This document shows, piece after piece, positions 25,164 through 38,200 of a stretch of 64,000 nt of DNA. The position numbers were made by a program, and so were the translations under genes. Numbering within the stretch: the stretch's first letter is position 1; every line of letters starts with the position of its first letter. The notes under the pieces are model-generated. The model did not search any database and had not been told where the DNA came from. It saw nothing but the letters and a program-made list of their open reading frames with translations. Source of the stretch: Pelagomonas calceolata (Eukaryota); contig CAKKNE010000001.1 of NCBI GenBank assembly GCA_918797485.1, positions 1,364,001 through 1,428,000 of the forward strand, written 5' to 3'.

Positions 25164-27301
25164 CTAATAAGGCGCCCCGAGCGCCCGCACGGCCATCCAG
25201 GCGTCCACGTCGGAATCCGTCAGGACGTCCCGCCGGGCCTTGTGCGCGCGCACGAGCTTCTGCAGCTCGACGACGAGGCGCTCCTTTACGGCCGCCGTGT
25301 TCCAGTACGGCCCCTGGCCGCTGCCGTAGCTCTTGCCGATCGCGTCTAGTTCCTCGTCGTCTTCCAGGAAGAACCGCAGCCACTGGTACGCGACGTCGAT
25401 CTCCAAATCCGCCCCGAGCTCGCGCTGCAGCTTCGCCGTCTCGCGGCCGCCGCTGAAGGCGTGCGTCATGATCTTCCTTCTAATTTCGTCGTCCGAGTCC
25501 GTGAGGAAGACGGCCGAGTCCGTGTTCGAGGCCGACATCTTGCCCAGCGCGCCCTGGAGCCTGTGTGGAAATCGAATTTCGGACGCCCCGCGCCATCGAC
25601 GCGACGTCGTCCCCGTAACTGCGGCAGCTCGATGGCGTGGAGGTTCACGGAGGCTCTGCAATACTTCTCAGGATAGCCGAACTCACTGGTTGATTTCCAC
25701 ACAGCCTGGAGCGGAGGAAAGAACTTGGAATGAACCAGGGCCGGCTTGCCGCGCAGCGGATGACTTTTCGGCGCGATCTTGTGCGCCACGTCGCGCGTAA
25801 CTCTAAAATAGGGGTCCTGGTCGATGGCGCAGGGAATCAAACAACAGGCATCATCCGGTCGAGGCCCGCACTTTGACAGAGGGATTCGGAACGACGAGGG
25901 AAACGACGGCGCCGCCTGGATCGCCGGGAACGCGCTCTGGCCCACGTTACTACTTCCTTCAAAGCCGAAGGCCGCCCGCGCCGTACTATACGTGATCGAC
26001 TTCCAGATGCGGCACACGTTCGGGTACATGTGGCCCATGTAGTCGCAATCGCTGAAGATAAACGTCTTGTCCAGGTCGAAGCCGCACGCGATGATGTCCT
26101 TGGCGTTTTCCCGCGTGAGTAAGCGGAACCTATCCAAGTCGTAGGCACCCTTCTTCTCGTCGTACTCGCCCTTCCACAGAAACTTCTCGTCGTCGGTCAT
26201 CTGGACGACCAAAGGCACTCCCAACGCCGCCTGGAGCCACTGCGTCATGAGGAACGGGACGAGGTGCCCGAGGTGCATCGCCGCGGATGAGGGCCCCCGT
26301 CCCGTATAGAGGTACAAGCCCTTCCTATTCTCCGCCGCATCCAGGATCTTGGCCAGGTCGCGGTGCGAGAAGAAGATGCCTCTTCTAAAGAACCGATGTA
26401 ATCTCATGCCGTTCTTCGCTGCTAGTGCGCCGAGTCTCTCTAGTAAAGATGGTGTGAGTAATTGACTTCCGAACTTCTCCACTAATTTAGAATAGTCGAT
26501 CTTGCCCTCTACCGCCCAAGGATCGACGACCATCTCGCCCTCGTCCTCGGTCTCGGCCTCGGAGGACCTTGGTACAACTTTGGGCTGGGCCGCGACGAGC
26601 GGCGTCAACGACAGCGCGCGGTGGGCCTGTTGCGACGCCGAGGCGGCTTGTGTCATGTTTCCAGAAGGCACGGCCGCGGACGCCTCCGTTGACTGAGTAG
26701 AGAACTTGAGCGACAGTTGTTTTTTCTTCCCCGCGAGCAGGACCATGGTCTCGGGCTTCTTCTTCGGGTTGTCCGACGTTCGGCCGATGAGTTGGATGGG
26801 ACCGGAAGCACTTGAAGCGACGGGGAGTGCCGTCGCGTCGACGGCGAAGCCCGCCAAAGACGCGACCCGCACGACGTCGTCCGGTTTTGAATTTTTGGGC
26901 GGCTTGCCGCCGTCGTACAACGGCGTGATGGGGTCCCCAAACGCCTTTTCCGTGTCCGCTCTTGTGGCTTCCGCGACGGTGATGGGCGCGTTACTTGACA
27001 CAAGTGCGTCGATCTCCGCTTGCACTAGATCCAATAACTGCGCGTGCTGTTCGGGTTCTTTGGGCAAATCTCGTTTCGATGCGGACAGGTCCAGCGTCAG
27101 CTTCCCTCTGCCAGCTTCCGTCGTCCAGACCGGCTGCAAACCGGCGAGCGCCGACGACGGCCACAATCCAAAGACCTTGGCCGCCGCGACTCTTGCCACT
27201 AGAGCTGCCGTGGCTACTGGTGGGGGTGGAGGCGGTGGGCCGGGGCGGGGCGGCTTCTTCTTCTTCTCGCCGGGCGGTGCTGGGGGCGGCTTTGCAGCCA
27301 T
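25164..27301 (-). CDS. WARS1: Cytosolic tryptophanyl-tRNA synthetase with N-terminal extension; one introner intron
   Basis: YLYTGRGPSS.AMHLGH, QMTDDEKFL, IPCAIDQDPYFR, FFPPLQG..GKMSAS (after splicing), AFSGG. Confidence 0.95.
25561..25704. mobile_element. Intact 144-bp introner with 13-bp TIR and 8-bp TSD
   Basis: CTGTGTGGAAATC...GATTTCCACACAG; TSD CCTGGAGC at 25553-25560 and 25705-25712. Confidence 0.95.
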
Positions 27302-27531
27302 GGTGTCGTCCGCGGCGGCGTTTTTTGGGCGTGAACGGCTGTCGTGGCAGCTATGCGCAGCGTTGCAAGTGCTGGAACAGCCGAAAAGCCAGACGTGCGG
27401 CTGATATCGATGGCTCGCTCTCAAAGCCTTAGAGAGCGTGCCGGGTTTTTCACGGATTCCGACGTGCGTGGCACGTACAGAGAGCCGCAACGACGCGCAC
27501 AGCCTATAATTTATCCTCAAAAACCGCAACG

Positions 27532-28419
27532 ATGCGGTTGCGAGCACAAATGATTGTGCAGCTATGCATGACGATGCTATGTCCAACCAGCTCCTTTGTG
27601 AGCCCGGCGCAGCGAGCTAGGGCGACAGTGATGCGCGCACAATTGGAGCCACGCGTGCCGACGGATAGCGATGACATGGTAATCGCCGCTGCACGATCCG
27701 TGCGCACTGCGCTCGAGGCTGGCGTCGCGCGGCAGACGGTCGAGCTGCACATCCCGCTGCCGCCGGAGACGAGCCCCGAAGACCTGGACCCGTGGCCGGG
27801 AGGCCTGCCGCAAATCGCCGAGTACGCCCTACCTTTAGCGCGTGAGTGTCTGCGAAAGGCCGTCAAGGGCGGTTCAGAAGTACAAGAAGTAGTCCTGTCC
27901 AAGGACGACGGCTGCGTCCAGCTCTACTGCCAGGGCGAGACTCCGGCCGACGACGCCATGATGATTTTACAACCGGGCGCGGAGACGTTCGACGAGCTGC
28001 GCCAACTCGACGGAGCCGTCGGCGACCGGCTGCTCGTACTGGTCAATCCTAAAATAATAGGACCCCAGAGCCTCGGCTTGTTCCAGGGCGCGGTCGCCAA
28101 GGACTTCTTCCGAGGTGGTACTTTACGCGACAAGTTCCCCGTGACCTACTGCGCGCAGGAGTCGTCGTGCCGGTCCGAAGATGTGAGGCTCGTGCACGAG
28201 TACGGCAAGGGCTGGAGGGCCTACTACGTCGACGACGCCGAGTTCGAAGGGCAAAACATGATCAGCGAAGGTACTATTTTACCGTTGCACGACGACCCGT
28301 TAGACGCGCGGCCGTCGTACGAGGAGCTCCAGGACCTCGTGATAGAGAAGCTCAAGCTGCCGGTGTACGTGCGGAAGATGCGCGAGGCGGGCGAGAAGGG
28401 GCCGCGGTTTTTGCGGTAG
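27532..28419 (+). CDS. DUF1995 (LPA3-like) protein, likely plastid-targeted
   Basis: Signal peptide ending SSFVSP; DPWPGGL.Q, LVLVNP and W..Y....RPSY.EL motifs. Confidence 0.75.
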   Translation: MRLRAQMIVQLCMTMLCPTSSFVSPAQRARATVMRAQLEPRVPTDSDDMVIAAARSVRTALEAGVARQTVELHIPLPPETSPEDLDPWPGGLPQIAEYALPLARECLRKAVKGGSEVQEVVLSKDDGCVQLYCQGETPADDAMMILQPGAETFDELRQLDGAVGDRLLVLVNPKIIGPQSLGLFQGAVAKDFFRGGTLRDKFPVTYCAQESSCRSEDVRLVHEYGKGWRAYYVDDAEFEGQNMISEGTILPLHDDPLDARPSYEELQDLVIEKLKLPVYVRKMREAGEKGPRFLR

Positions 28420-28457
28420 TTGTGTAGGTCTTAGTGTGATATTGCTATTAGTAAAAT

Positions 28458-29481
28458 TTATAGTTCTAAATCATGGATGATGGGCCGAATTTGCGCGGGG
28501 GGGTCCACCACGTAGATCAGCCCGCCACTGTCGAGCCTAACTTGATAGGGAGCGTAGTAACCAACGTCGAAGCTAGCTTCCCGGTAGTGATGGGCGACGA
28601 CGGTACCTGGGGCCCAGCATCCGTCATCGTCGTCGTCGTCGTCATCGGACGATTCGGACCCAGACTCCGATCCGGAATCGCTGGAGTCAAACAAGTCGCC
28701 GATAGAAACATCACTGTCCGATTCCGCGTAGCGGCACTCTACGCGAGCGCCGACGTCGAAGGGCAGGGGAGTGTCGACGAGCGTCAGCTTCGCCCGCGCG
28801 GTCTCGACGCAACCTTCGAGAGAACCTTTGAAGACCCGGGGCCACCTCAAGCTTGTGTCCTCGAACACCTCGATCGCCTCGCGGATCATTGCTTTGTCAG
28901 TCCCCGCGTGTAGGAGGGCGTCAGCAAGCCAATATCGGAGTCTTAGCGTGCGCCTTTCGTCGAGCCCAAATGCGGCAATGCTCGAAGGAATGACGTCGCG
29001 AAGGAGCGCTATGGATTCGGCGTAATCCTCAAGCATATTGAGCGTCTTCGCTAGAATATCAGCACACACGACGTATTCATCAGGGCCTAACCTGGCCCTG
29101 GGCCTCCGCGACCAAAATCTTGGCCTGCTCCGCCAGACACGACACGTGCGCGTAACCCGCCGTCCCGTTGCACGCGCACATGCGTACGAGGCCTTCTCCC
29201 GTGCGCCGATGGACGACCTCAGTGCAAATGTAGCACGTCTGGCCTTTCGTGTCCTCGGCGCACGCCTCGACCGCGTCCGCGACGGCCTCTTTGTATTTTT
29301 TGTCGGCGTGATATTGCTCCGCGTTACCGCCGCGGTGTATTTTCTTACACATCTGCTTGTGGCCGCGGCGCCAGTGGTCCATCTGGCAAGTCTTGTTACA
29401 GTATCTCACCTGGCACCGCACGCATCGCGGCGCGTTGAGGGCCAGTGGGGCGGCGCAGGCGGCGCAAGTTGTGAGGATCAT
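28458..29481 (-). pseudogene. MYND zinc finger + RINGv-like + helical repeat + SH3-like C-terminal domain, frameshifted near 29090
   Basis: CAACAA..C.RC...YC...CQ..HW..GHK..C and CYIC...CAC.G....H..CL. The first frame stops at 29080; a second frame continues RLGPDEYVVC...FDVGARVECR...W.PGTVV..HYRE...APYQVRLD. No clear intron bridges them. Confidence 0.65.
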
Positions 29482-29530
29482 TTTGGTCCGTAAAGCTTCG
29501 AGAGGGTCGCGCGTAGATGGGTGTTTTGGG

Positions 29531-29556
29531 TTTGCTAGTGTCTTACTGCCGCTAGC
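29531..29556 (+). promoter_or_regulatory. Recurrent intergenic CTAG-bounded quasi-palindrome (representative copy)
   Basis: TTTGCTAGTGTCTTACTGCCGCTAGC, identical to the reverse complement of 57200-57225; lies between divergent genes. Confidence 0.6.
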
Positions 29557-29714
29557 TGGCTAAAAAGCACCTCGACAAAGTGATTGATCAGTTCACACAC
29601 GTATTGCGAGACGCAGTCAGGCGTCGCGCATCAACCACTGAAGCCAAGGCCACAATACGCTAAAACTGTGCAGCCGTGCAACAAGCACAGCAACAGCGCA
29701 CCACACGTGCACCG

Positions 29715-30689
29715 ATGCACCTCGTCGTCGCCGCAGCGCTCGCCGCGCGCGCGACGTTCGCCTGGACACCAGCACCACCCAGCGCGCGCCGCACACCGCT
29801 GCTCGCCGCCGAGGAGACCGACGCCCTCGCGCAAATACAAAGTCTGGAAGAACTGGAAGCGGACTACTGGTCGTCGCTGGACGACGTGGAGCGGCAGATC
29901 CAGGGGGCCTCGCGGAGCGGCGCCGCCTTCCTGAGGCAGGGCGATCTCGAGGGCGCCCTCGAGCAGTTCGACCGGGCCCAGCAGCTCTCGAAGAATTCGA
30001 GGTATGAGTGGCACCGCGGCATTTGCCTGTACTACTTGGATCGGTTCGACGACGCGCGCGTCGACTTTGTGGAGAACGCTTTGAGATATGAGGAGCGCTT
30101 TTTCGAACCCGCCTCGGAGGAGCGACTCTTCGCGCAAGCCTGCGCGCTGCGCGGCGCCAAAGGCGACGATTTCGCGGCGGCGTCGGAATTGCGCGAGACG
30201 CGGCCCGTCCTGCGGGCCTGCGCGGCGTTATATGGAGGCGACGTGAATGCAGCAAAAACTTTAAGGGAGCTCTGCGACCGCACCGACTCCGTCGACGCGC
30301 TGCGACGGCGGCTGCTGGGCCACTTCTACGCGGGCTTATATCATGACGCCCTTAATGATGCAGAGCGAGCGAGAGCGCACCTCGCTTTAGCGGCAGAACG
30401 CGTATCAGCAGATGATCAGGATTTTACGGCTCGATTACCGCGCCTCCACGCGTCTGTCAGAAACTGGTCCCTCGACGACGTGCCCCAAGACGCGTTACAG
30501 AAAGCATCAATGTTTGACCTCGGTTCCCAGGGCATGGAGGACATCCTCGACGACCCCGACACGATGCGCGAGGGCATCGACGCCATGACTGTGGCCATGT
30601 TGAAAGAAGCTTTAAAAGCTAGAGGGCTGAAGCGGACGGGCCTCAAGGCGGATTTGAAAGCGAGACTGCTGGAGGACCTCGGACTTTAG
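29715..30689 (+). CDS. TPR protein with C-terminal SAP domain, probable signal/plastid peptide
   Basis: GDLEGALEQFDRA...WHRGICLYYLDRFDDA; C-terminal MTVAMLKEALKARGL..TGLKADL..RL. Confidence 0.85.
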   Translation: MHLVVAAALAARATFAWTPAPPSARRTPLLAAEETDALAQIQSLEELEADYWSSLDDVERQIQGASRSGAAFLRQGDLEGALEQFDRAQQLSKNSRYEWHRGICLYYLDRFDDARVDFVENALRYEERFFEPASEERLFAQACALRGAKGDDFAAASELRETRPVLRACAALYGGDVNAAKTLRELCDRTDSVDALRRRLLGHFYAGLYHDALNDAERARAHLALAAERVSADDQDFTARLPRLHASVRNWSLDDVPQDALQKASMFDLGSQGMEDILDDPDTMREGIDAMTVAMLKEALKARGLKRTGLKADLKARLLEDLGL

Positions 30690-30872
30690 AGCCGGCCTTT
30701 CCGGTCCTCCGTGGCCGTCTCGGCCGCGCGCCTGTGCGTGTACCGTGAGTCGCGGCGATGGCGCACTGGTGGCGTAGAAGCACTCACGACGACGCGCCGA
30801 CGCCAAGCTCCGCACGCCATCGCCGCGATGGCGCCGAGGCAATCACCAGGAAGAATTTAATTAACACTGTTA

Positions 30873-31739
30873 CTACTTTTTCTGGCCCTCGAAGACGGCT
30901 GAGAAGTCCTCGTCGCCGTGGTCCGCTCGTTGGGCGATGTACGCAGCGTTCGCCGCGGCCGCGAGCGGTAATGGCGTACTCACTTGATCACCTAACTGCA
31001 GCGCGAAGCGCATGTCCTTCTGCGCGTGCTTGAGGGGGAAGTTCGGCGCGTGGTCGCCTTTGAGCATTTTGGGGCCCTTGAGCTTGAAAAGGCCGTTGGA
31101 CATGATGCCCAGGTCCAGCACCTTGAGCAGCCCTCCTTCATTATCTGCCGGCAACTCGGAGGCCTGGCACAACGCGAGGCCCTCGCCGAGCGCGCACATC
31201 ATGTTTCCCATCACCATATTGACCACGAGCTTCATCTTCGAGCCGGCTCCTGTACTACCGTAGTAGAAGTCGGCCTTGCCCATGATCGCGAGGTCGGGCT
31301 TGCATTCCTCGTACAGCGATTTATCACCACCACAGAGGAAGATTAATGCTCCTTGCGCCGCGGGCGCCTTCGAGCCGCTCACGGGCGCTTCCAGGAACCT
31401 TCCTTGAGCGATTTCTACGGCTGAAGCCATGGTCTGCATCCGTTCCGGGGTCAGCGTCGCGCAGTCGACGAGGCTCTTGCCTTGTTTTATGCTGGCCAAT
31501 ATGGAGGGAAAGACGGCCTCGGACGCCTCCAGCGTCGAAAGCATGGAGTAGGTGACGGCGCACGCGTCGATTACTTCACCCGCTGATGAAACGACGGTGA
31601 CGAGGCCGGGGTGCGCGGCCGCGAGCTTCTGCGCCTTGCTCGCGTCGCGGTTCCAGACGACGAGCGCTTTGCCAGCTTTCAGTAGACAGCCGGCCATGCC
31701 CTCACCCATGATGCCGATGCCGATGAATCCCGTAGCCAT
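30873..31739 (-). CDS. GLYR: Glyoxylate/succinic semialdehyde reductase (beta-hydroxyacid dehydrogenase family)
   Basis: GFIGIGIMG, WNR, FLEAPVSGSK.PA..G.LIFL, MKLVVNM.MG, FPLKH.QKDMR.AL. Confidence 0.9.
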   Translation of the reverse strand: MATGFIGIGIMGEGMAGCLLKAGKALVVWNRDASKAQKLAAAHPGLVTVVSSAGEVIDACAVTYSMLSTLEASEAVFPSILASIKQGKSLVDCATLTPERMQTMASAVEIAQGRFLEAPVSGSKAPAAQGALIFLCGGDKSLYEECKPDLAIMGKADFYYGSTGAGSKMKLVVNMVMGNMMCALGEGLALCQASELPADNEGGLLKVLDLGIMSNGLFKLKGPKMLKGDHAPNFPLKHAQKDMRFALQLGDQVSTPLPLAAAANAAYIAQRADHGDEDFSAVFEGQKK

Positions 31740-32206
31740 GGTTGCTCTCCCTGGTGGATTTTGCTCTCGGACACCTTTGTGCACACAGTGCTTGCAAGAG
31801 CGCGTCCTCTGGTCTTCCTGTAGTGCTGTGTGTCTTCTGCGCACCGCTGCGACGCTGGATGCCACCGCTGCGACGCGTTTTGCGGCCACACCACGCAGCC
31901 GTAAACTAGTATGTTTATACGCTAATCCGTGCGCTAAGCGAGAGCCCCACCGGGTCCTGTACTTCTCCTTCACCAGTAGCCCGACACATGCAGTGGATTG
32001 GAAGCTCCAAGGTGCGGGCTGCAGCAATCAGCGCCGCCGCGTGAGGGCTCCGCAAAACACTTGCCAGGCGCGAGAAGGGCTGCCTCGGCGCCGTGCGGAC
32101 AGCTTGGACCGCTTCGCCGCGCAGGGCTGCTTGAACGACCCGCGGACGGCGGCGCGAAGAGCCAGCTCCTGCAGCTAGCTCCTGGGAGCAAGGGCTGCCC
32201 AGGACC

Positions 32207-35200
32207 ATGGCCGACGAGCCGGAAGAACCACGGCGAGAACCGACAACCTACATGAGCAAGGACGGCTACGCTCTACCGATCAAGGCTCATAAGCACGAGG
32301 CGTCCGGCCTGCGACCGCACGCGAAGGCGTTTATCCGACGGAACCAGAAGATCTCGAGGCTCGCCAAGGAGTTACTACCTCCACAACATCCCGACGCGAG
32401 CGTACCGTTGAGAAGCCGAGCTCGACATCTGCGCCCGACGCGGCGCCACGACGACTTTTCGACAAGTCACAAACCTGTCAAGTGGTATGAGCAGAAGAGT
32501 TTTAGTCGGTCCCAGAAATACGCGACCCGAGAAGTACGACGGCGCGCCTTGTCCGAGACGCACCCCGTGCCGTTGATGGGCCAGCACACGCCCTTCCACG
32601 GTGCTAGATACGCGCCGGGGCCCGTGCCTACCGGAGTGAAAGCACCTCCTATCAAGCTCGCCGAGAAATTGAAAGTAATGGGCAACTGGCCCCTACCGGA
32701 CACGCCGCGGTGCGCCGAGATGCATCTTGCTGAGTTGAAACTGCAGGAAGACATTGAGACGAGAAAACGAGACGAGGCATTGCGACTCGAGAAACTGAAA
32801 GAAGAGAAGGCCAAAGCTGATGCTGAATTCCGGGAGATGCGTCGCGCAGCGGCCAAGGCCGCGGGCCTCCCGAGCCCGCCCGCGACGCCGTCGGTCCGTT
32901 CTCTGGACTCGTCCGACGGCTTCGACTCGGTCTCGGATTCCGGGCGTTCGTCGTTAGACAGTCCACGTTCGAGGCCGTCCTCACCAGTCAAGAGCGACGC
33001 GTTATCGAAAGAGGTAGCCAAGCGCGGCTCACCTAAGAAGCGGCGCCGCCGCAAGAAGGAGAAGCCGCTGTCGAAGCCTCTAGTGCCGCCGCCGCACGAG
33101 CCGATACAAATAGAACTACCTAAATCGCAAGGTTTAGGAGCATTGCTCAACTTGGGTGCGGGCATCAACGACCAGGTGCAACGGCAGCTCCTGTGGCACT
33201 GGCGCACTGTAGTAAGGTGCTTCCGAGTACCATTTACGGAAGTAGCGTGGCCGGTATGTCCTCCCGAAGCCATGGTGCAGATCAAGGGCATGTTCGACGG
33301 GAGGTCTCCGCCCGGTTCGCTGCGAGCGCGGAAGGTCGCCGAGATCTTCCGCTATTTACAATTCACTGATATCGATTGCATCCGATTGATCGAGACACGG
33401 TTCCCAGAGTACTTGGACGGAGTATGTACGAGGGACGCCGACGGCGACGGCGAGGACGACGGCTTCTGGACGCTGCGTTCGAAAGATTGCATTGACCCTC
33501 CGTATGACCCCGAGGCTCCTCCGTCAAAAGCGGACGCATTTGTTCCCTACCAGGACTTTCTCGAGGCGATGGCGCCGACTCCTCCTGAACTCGCTCGCAT
33601 CCAGAAGTACTACAAGGACCAGGACAAGGAACGCATCGAGAATGAACGCCGTCTTGCAGAAAGGAAGAAAAGACGTAGAGCCAAACAGCTGGAGCTAAGG
33701 AAAGGCGCCCTGTCCGACCTCCAGGAGGCCTGGGACGACTGGCCGCCTCGGTCCTTGCGCGGCGCGTCACTCATCGCGGCGCCTTCGTCGACACCGGGAC
33801 GGCTGCTCGACGACGCCATCGACGCGCCGCCTGCGGCCGATCGCGGCGAGGGCGTCGCGGCGGCGCCGAGAGAGCCACCGAGCCGACACCTAGAGCGTCG
33901 ACGGCGTTTGGGACAGCACACTCACCTATCAATACACGCAGGTTGAAACGAGGCCGGCCCCCGTACACGACGAAAGAACGCCAACCGGCGATGATTTATG
34001 TTATAGAATGCGGGGCCGAATTTGAGGTCACTGGAGATAAAAAGAAGGGTCTCGCCGCTGCCGCGTTGTACGCGGCGTCGGGCGTCGCGCATGTGCGACT
34101 ACGCTCACCTGGTTTAAAACAGTGCCTCTGGAACTGCTGCCTGGAAGGCATGGGGTACGGTGGTTATTCTGCCTCGGAAATCGTGGAGACTTTCAGGGTC
34201 TATACGGCGGAACGGGTCCAGGCCGTCTGGCGGGCGCGTAATGGCGAAGGCGCGAAGTGGGCGCGCGTGCGCGAATTGTTCCGGCGACGGGATTTGGAGA
34301 TCCTGAGGATGGTCTACGGCGCGTGGTGGCCCTGTACGCGGCGGCAACGGTTCTTGCGGACCTTCGTCTATCGGAAGCTCATCGCGTGGGCGTGGTGGGC
34401 GCGGGGCGTGGCGAAACGCAAGAACCTGTTCCGACTGACCTTCTGGCCGCTGCGGACGTGGCGCATCGAGGCTCGGAGATGTTACAACGCGCGCGAGAAG
34501 GCCAAGTTCCTGAAGATTATATGGCTCAAGCTCACGAAGAAGCGGCACCACAACGCGTGGTGCTGACTCAGCGTCTGTTTCCGAACGTTTCCGAACTTCA
34601 AGTTTGCGTCGACGGCGTCTCCATGAGACCGCGCCGCCTCGACGCCGTCGATGCGGCCGTCAGAGAGTCTACGCGTCTCGTGAGTGAACGGAGACAGTTT
34701 CGCGACGGTGTCCGTTCCACACAGGAAGAAGTGGGTCCAGAAGCGCGTGCGAGACCGGGCGAAGGCCGATAGGCACTATCGGGAGTACTACCTGACCGAG
34801 CAGGAAGGGGCCAAGTGCTTTTCTTGTTGGTTGTCCTTTGCGAGGCAACGACGGCTCTTGCGTAGAAGGTGGTACCAGCGGCCTAAGGGTGGTGAGGCTC
34901 TCCGCAAACGATGCATCCGGGGCCGGAAGCTGCGCGCTCTAATAGTGTGGAAGTACTACCAGTTTCTAGCGAAGCACTGCAAGCTGCGCGCGACGAGTTG
35001 GTTTAGACGTATAAGGAAAGATGATGAGTCAAGACGGGTCCTGGCGCGGGAGGTGTCGCGCTCGTCGGGCGTGAAGAAGCACGAACTCACGCAGGAGCTG
35101 GCGGAGTTCGATCGCTTGCGTGTGAATCCGCCGCCGATCCCGACACCTGCTCATGCAGCATGCTTCTACGTCGCCCCCTCCGATGCTGAGTTAGAGAGGA

Positions 35201-38200
35201 GAGAGGCGTATCAGCATCAAAAGAAGCTGCGCATGAAGGAGCACAAGAAACTTGTATTAGCTGGTAGGAAAAGAGCCAAGGCCTTCAACGCGAGTGTCCG
35301 TTCTCGGACGAACCAGGAGGTGCGCAACGAGAAGCGGAAGCGCGAGAAGGACGAGGACGCATCTCAAGCGCGTTTGGCGGTCGAAGCCGCCATGGACGCG
35401 TTCGAGACGAAACGGTGCACGGAAACTACACTAAATGAAGACCAGCAATTACTGTGTGCGCCTCTACTGGCGTATTTCGAGAGCAAGGTGTTCCCGCGCG
35501 AGGTGAGTGCCGCGTACCTGCGGTACTGGCGCGCGGGGCCCGCGGCTCTCGAGTTGCTGCGAAGTTTCGCGACGGAGAAGCGTCCGTGCTCCCGCGTCCC
35601 GTTTTACGCCATCGACGTGATGGCGTGCTGGTGGGGTCGACACCGCCTCGACGCCGTCGCCGCGACGTCGCGCCGCCTCCACGCCATCGACGCTTCGGTT
35701 CACGCAGGCAAGGAGAACCGCGCCGACCTCTGCTACGCCTTCCGCTGTAGACAGCGCATGTGGCAGACCTGGCGCGCCTACGTCGCGAAAGAAAAGCAGC
35801 TGAAGAAGAAGCTCGCCAAGGAAGAAAAGGAGCGCCTCAAGCGCGCCAAGGAGAACGCGAAGAAGCGGGCGTCCAGAGACCGCCTCAAAGCCGAGGAACA
35901 GGCCGCTAAAGACGCCGCCGCGGCCGAGAAGGCCGCGAAGGAGCCTCCTAAACAGAAAAAGCGGCGCGCGTTCGCGGCGGGTGACGTGTTCCGGTCCCGC
36001 GTGACGGCCGGGCACAAAGTGATAGAGGAGGAGAAGGTTGATCTCGACCAGAAGTCCCCGGAGAAGCCAGATCCGTACGCCGAGGACCGTCGCAAGCAAT
36101 CCGCGCAGCTGAAGAAGATCCAGGGCTACTTGCATCGCGCGCAGACGATCGTCAAAGAAGTCAGAATTCAACAGGCCCAGGAGAAGGAGGAAGATGAGCG
36201 CGAAGCCCGCCGAAAGGCGCGAGAAGAGATGGAGATGAAGGCCTTCCTCGAGGATAAAGATGAGGCGTTCGCGGAGGCGCATCAGCGCGCCCTCGAGTGG
36301 ACGGACGACTTCGCGGTCTACGCCGAGAAGAAGTGCGTCGAGACGTTGCAGCGAGTGCAGCGCGAGGCGCAAGCTCATTATGACAAGCAGCTATTAAGGC
36401 AGTCGTTGCGACTTATAAGGTTACCGTGGGCCGAGAAGCGCGCGATCGCGCTCATGAACCGGCAGAAGATGCGGAACTTGCTGCGGTTGTGTGCTGGGTG
36501 GCGGAAGGTTGATAGATCCATGCCGAAGTATTGGAGGTTGAGGACCAAGTACCACTGCTTCCTCGACTGGATTCGGCTCGTGAAGAACCATAAGCTCTAC
36601 CGCACTTCTTCGGTCAAAAAGATGCTCCTGAAAAGAAAACATCGGGCCTTCGCGTCGACGCGCTTGCTGAAGGAACGCGGCGCGCGCCGGTGCCGCTCGA
36701 TCCACCAGGACAAGTGGGCCGATCTGAAAGCCGTATTTTGCCGCTGGTCTACGTACGCCTTCGACCAGATCCGGTGGAGGTACATGACTGTCCTTGGGAC
36801 GAAGCGCGTGCGCCTCAAGCTCCTGCAGAAGATGTTTAGCGTGCTGAAGAGCGAGGCGGGCTTCGGCGTCATCGCTGGGAGGACGCCGTGGGTTAGGAGG
36901 ATTGACGCCGACCTGGGCGTCTGTTCGCTCTACTTCGTGGCACCTCGGCGCAAGACCGACTTGCTGAACAACCTGCGGAAGTCGAACGCGGTCCATAGAA
37001 AGGCGGTCGCGGATGGGGCGCGGAACGGGCCCACGTTCAAGAAGTTCATGGATTCCGTCGGCGGCGCGGCGATGGCGCGCCTGTACTCGGAGCAGGCTAT
37101 GTTGCTCAAGGCCTTCGAGCTGAAGGGCGATTTGAGATATAAGGATGTCGATAGCCGTGTGGAAATCGAATTTAGGGCGCCCCACGCCATCGACGCGATG
37201 CCCTACCTCACCGGTCGATGTCCACACAGGTCGACGTGGCCATCCAGAGTCCGCCGGACGCCGACACCGAAGCGGCAGAGTTCAAGGACGTCGTCTGCCC
37301 GCCGGGCGTGAGGGTATGCGCGGTTAGAGTCATCGCCAGGCGAAACTGGGGCGTCCTGGGCGTCGGCACCGAGCTCGAAGGAGATGGTGATAAGATCGAC
37401 AGGCCGTTCCGGGGTGGTAGCAACGGCGGCAAGTTCGTGAAGGAGACTTTTGCCCTCGGCGAGTTCGAGCATCTTACTGGTATAGAGATACACTGCTCGC
37501 AGTCGGTGGTGGAAGCGATCCGATTCGAAGCCTCGACCTTGGGAAATGTGCGAAAAGACCGCAAGGACGGCATGGCCGGCGCCGAAATGTTCGAGCGGAA
37601 GCGGTGGTGCGGCGTGAGCAAGACCAAGACCCGCTGGAGCAAGCTCTACGGCGAGGTGTCGAGCCTCGCGCCGCGGATCTACACGATCAGGGGCCCTGAC
37701 GAAGCTGCTATTGTTGGTTTGAGGGGCCTGGCGACGTCGTCGCGAATCATTGGGCTCGGGGCTGTCTGTCGCGTGGTAGCAGAGGAGGGGGTGTTCTCGA
37801 CGGCGTGGACGCGGCCCTTGCGGGCACCGACGGAGAAATTACCAGCCATCCATTCCGCGACCGCAAACAAGGAGTCGACCAAAAAACGCTGGCAAAAGAT
37901 GCGAAGCACCAAGCGGCTCATCGGCGGCGGTTTGGTAGCTAAGGGCAGCCGGGACCAAGTCGACGTCTTCGCAGCTATCATTAAGATGCGAAAAACCGAC
38001 GCGACCGAGGGGATCAAACGGTGCGAGGCCTTCGCCCGAAGAGTGTGGACGTCCAACATCTTCCGGGCCGACCCTAACTTGCGCCCGCTGCTCAACATCA
38101 ACATCATGATGCAAATGGCGCGATGGCTATTCAACGCCATCGCCGCGCCGCTCCCGCCGATACCCAACAAAGATGACAAATTTAATGTCAGATTCGAGCG

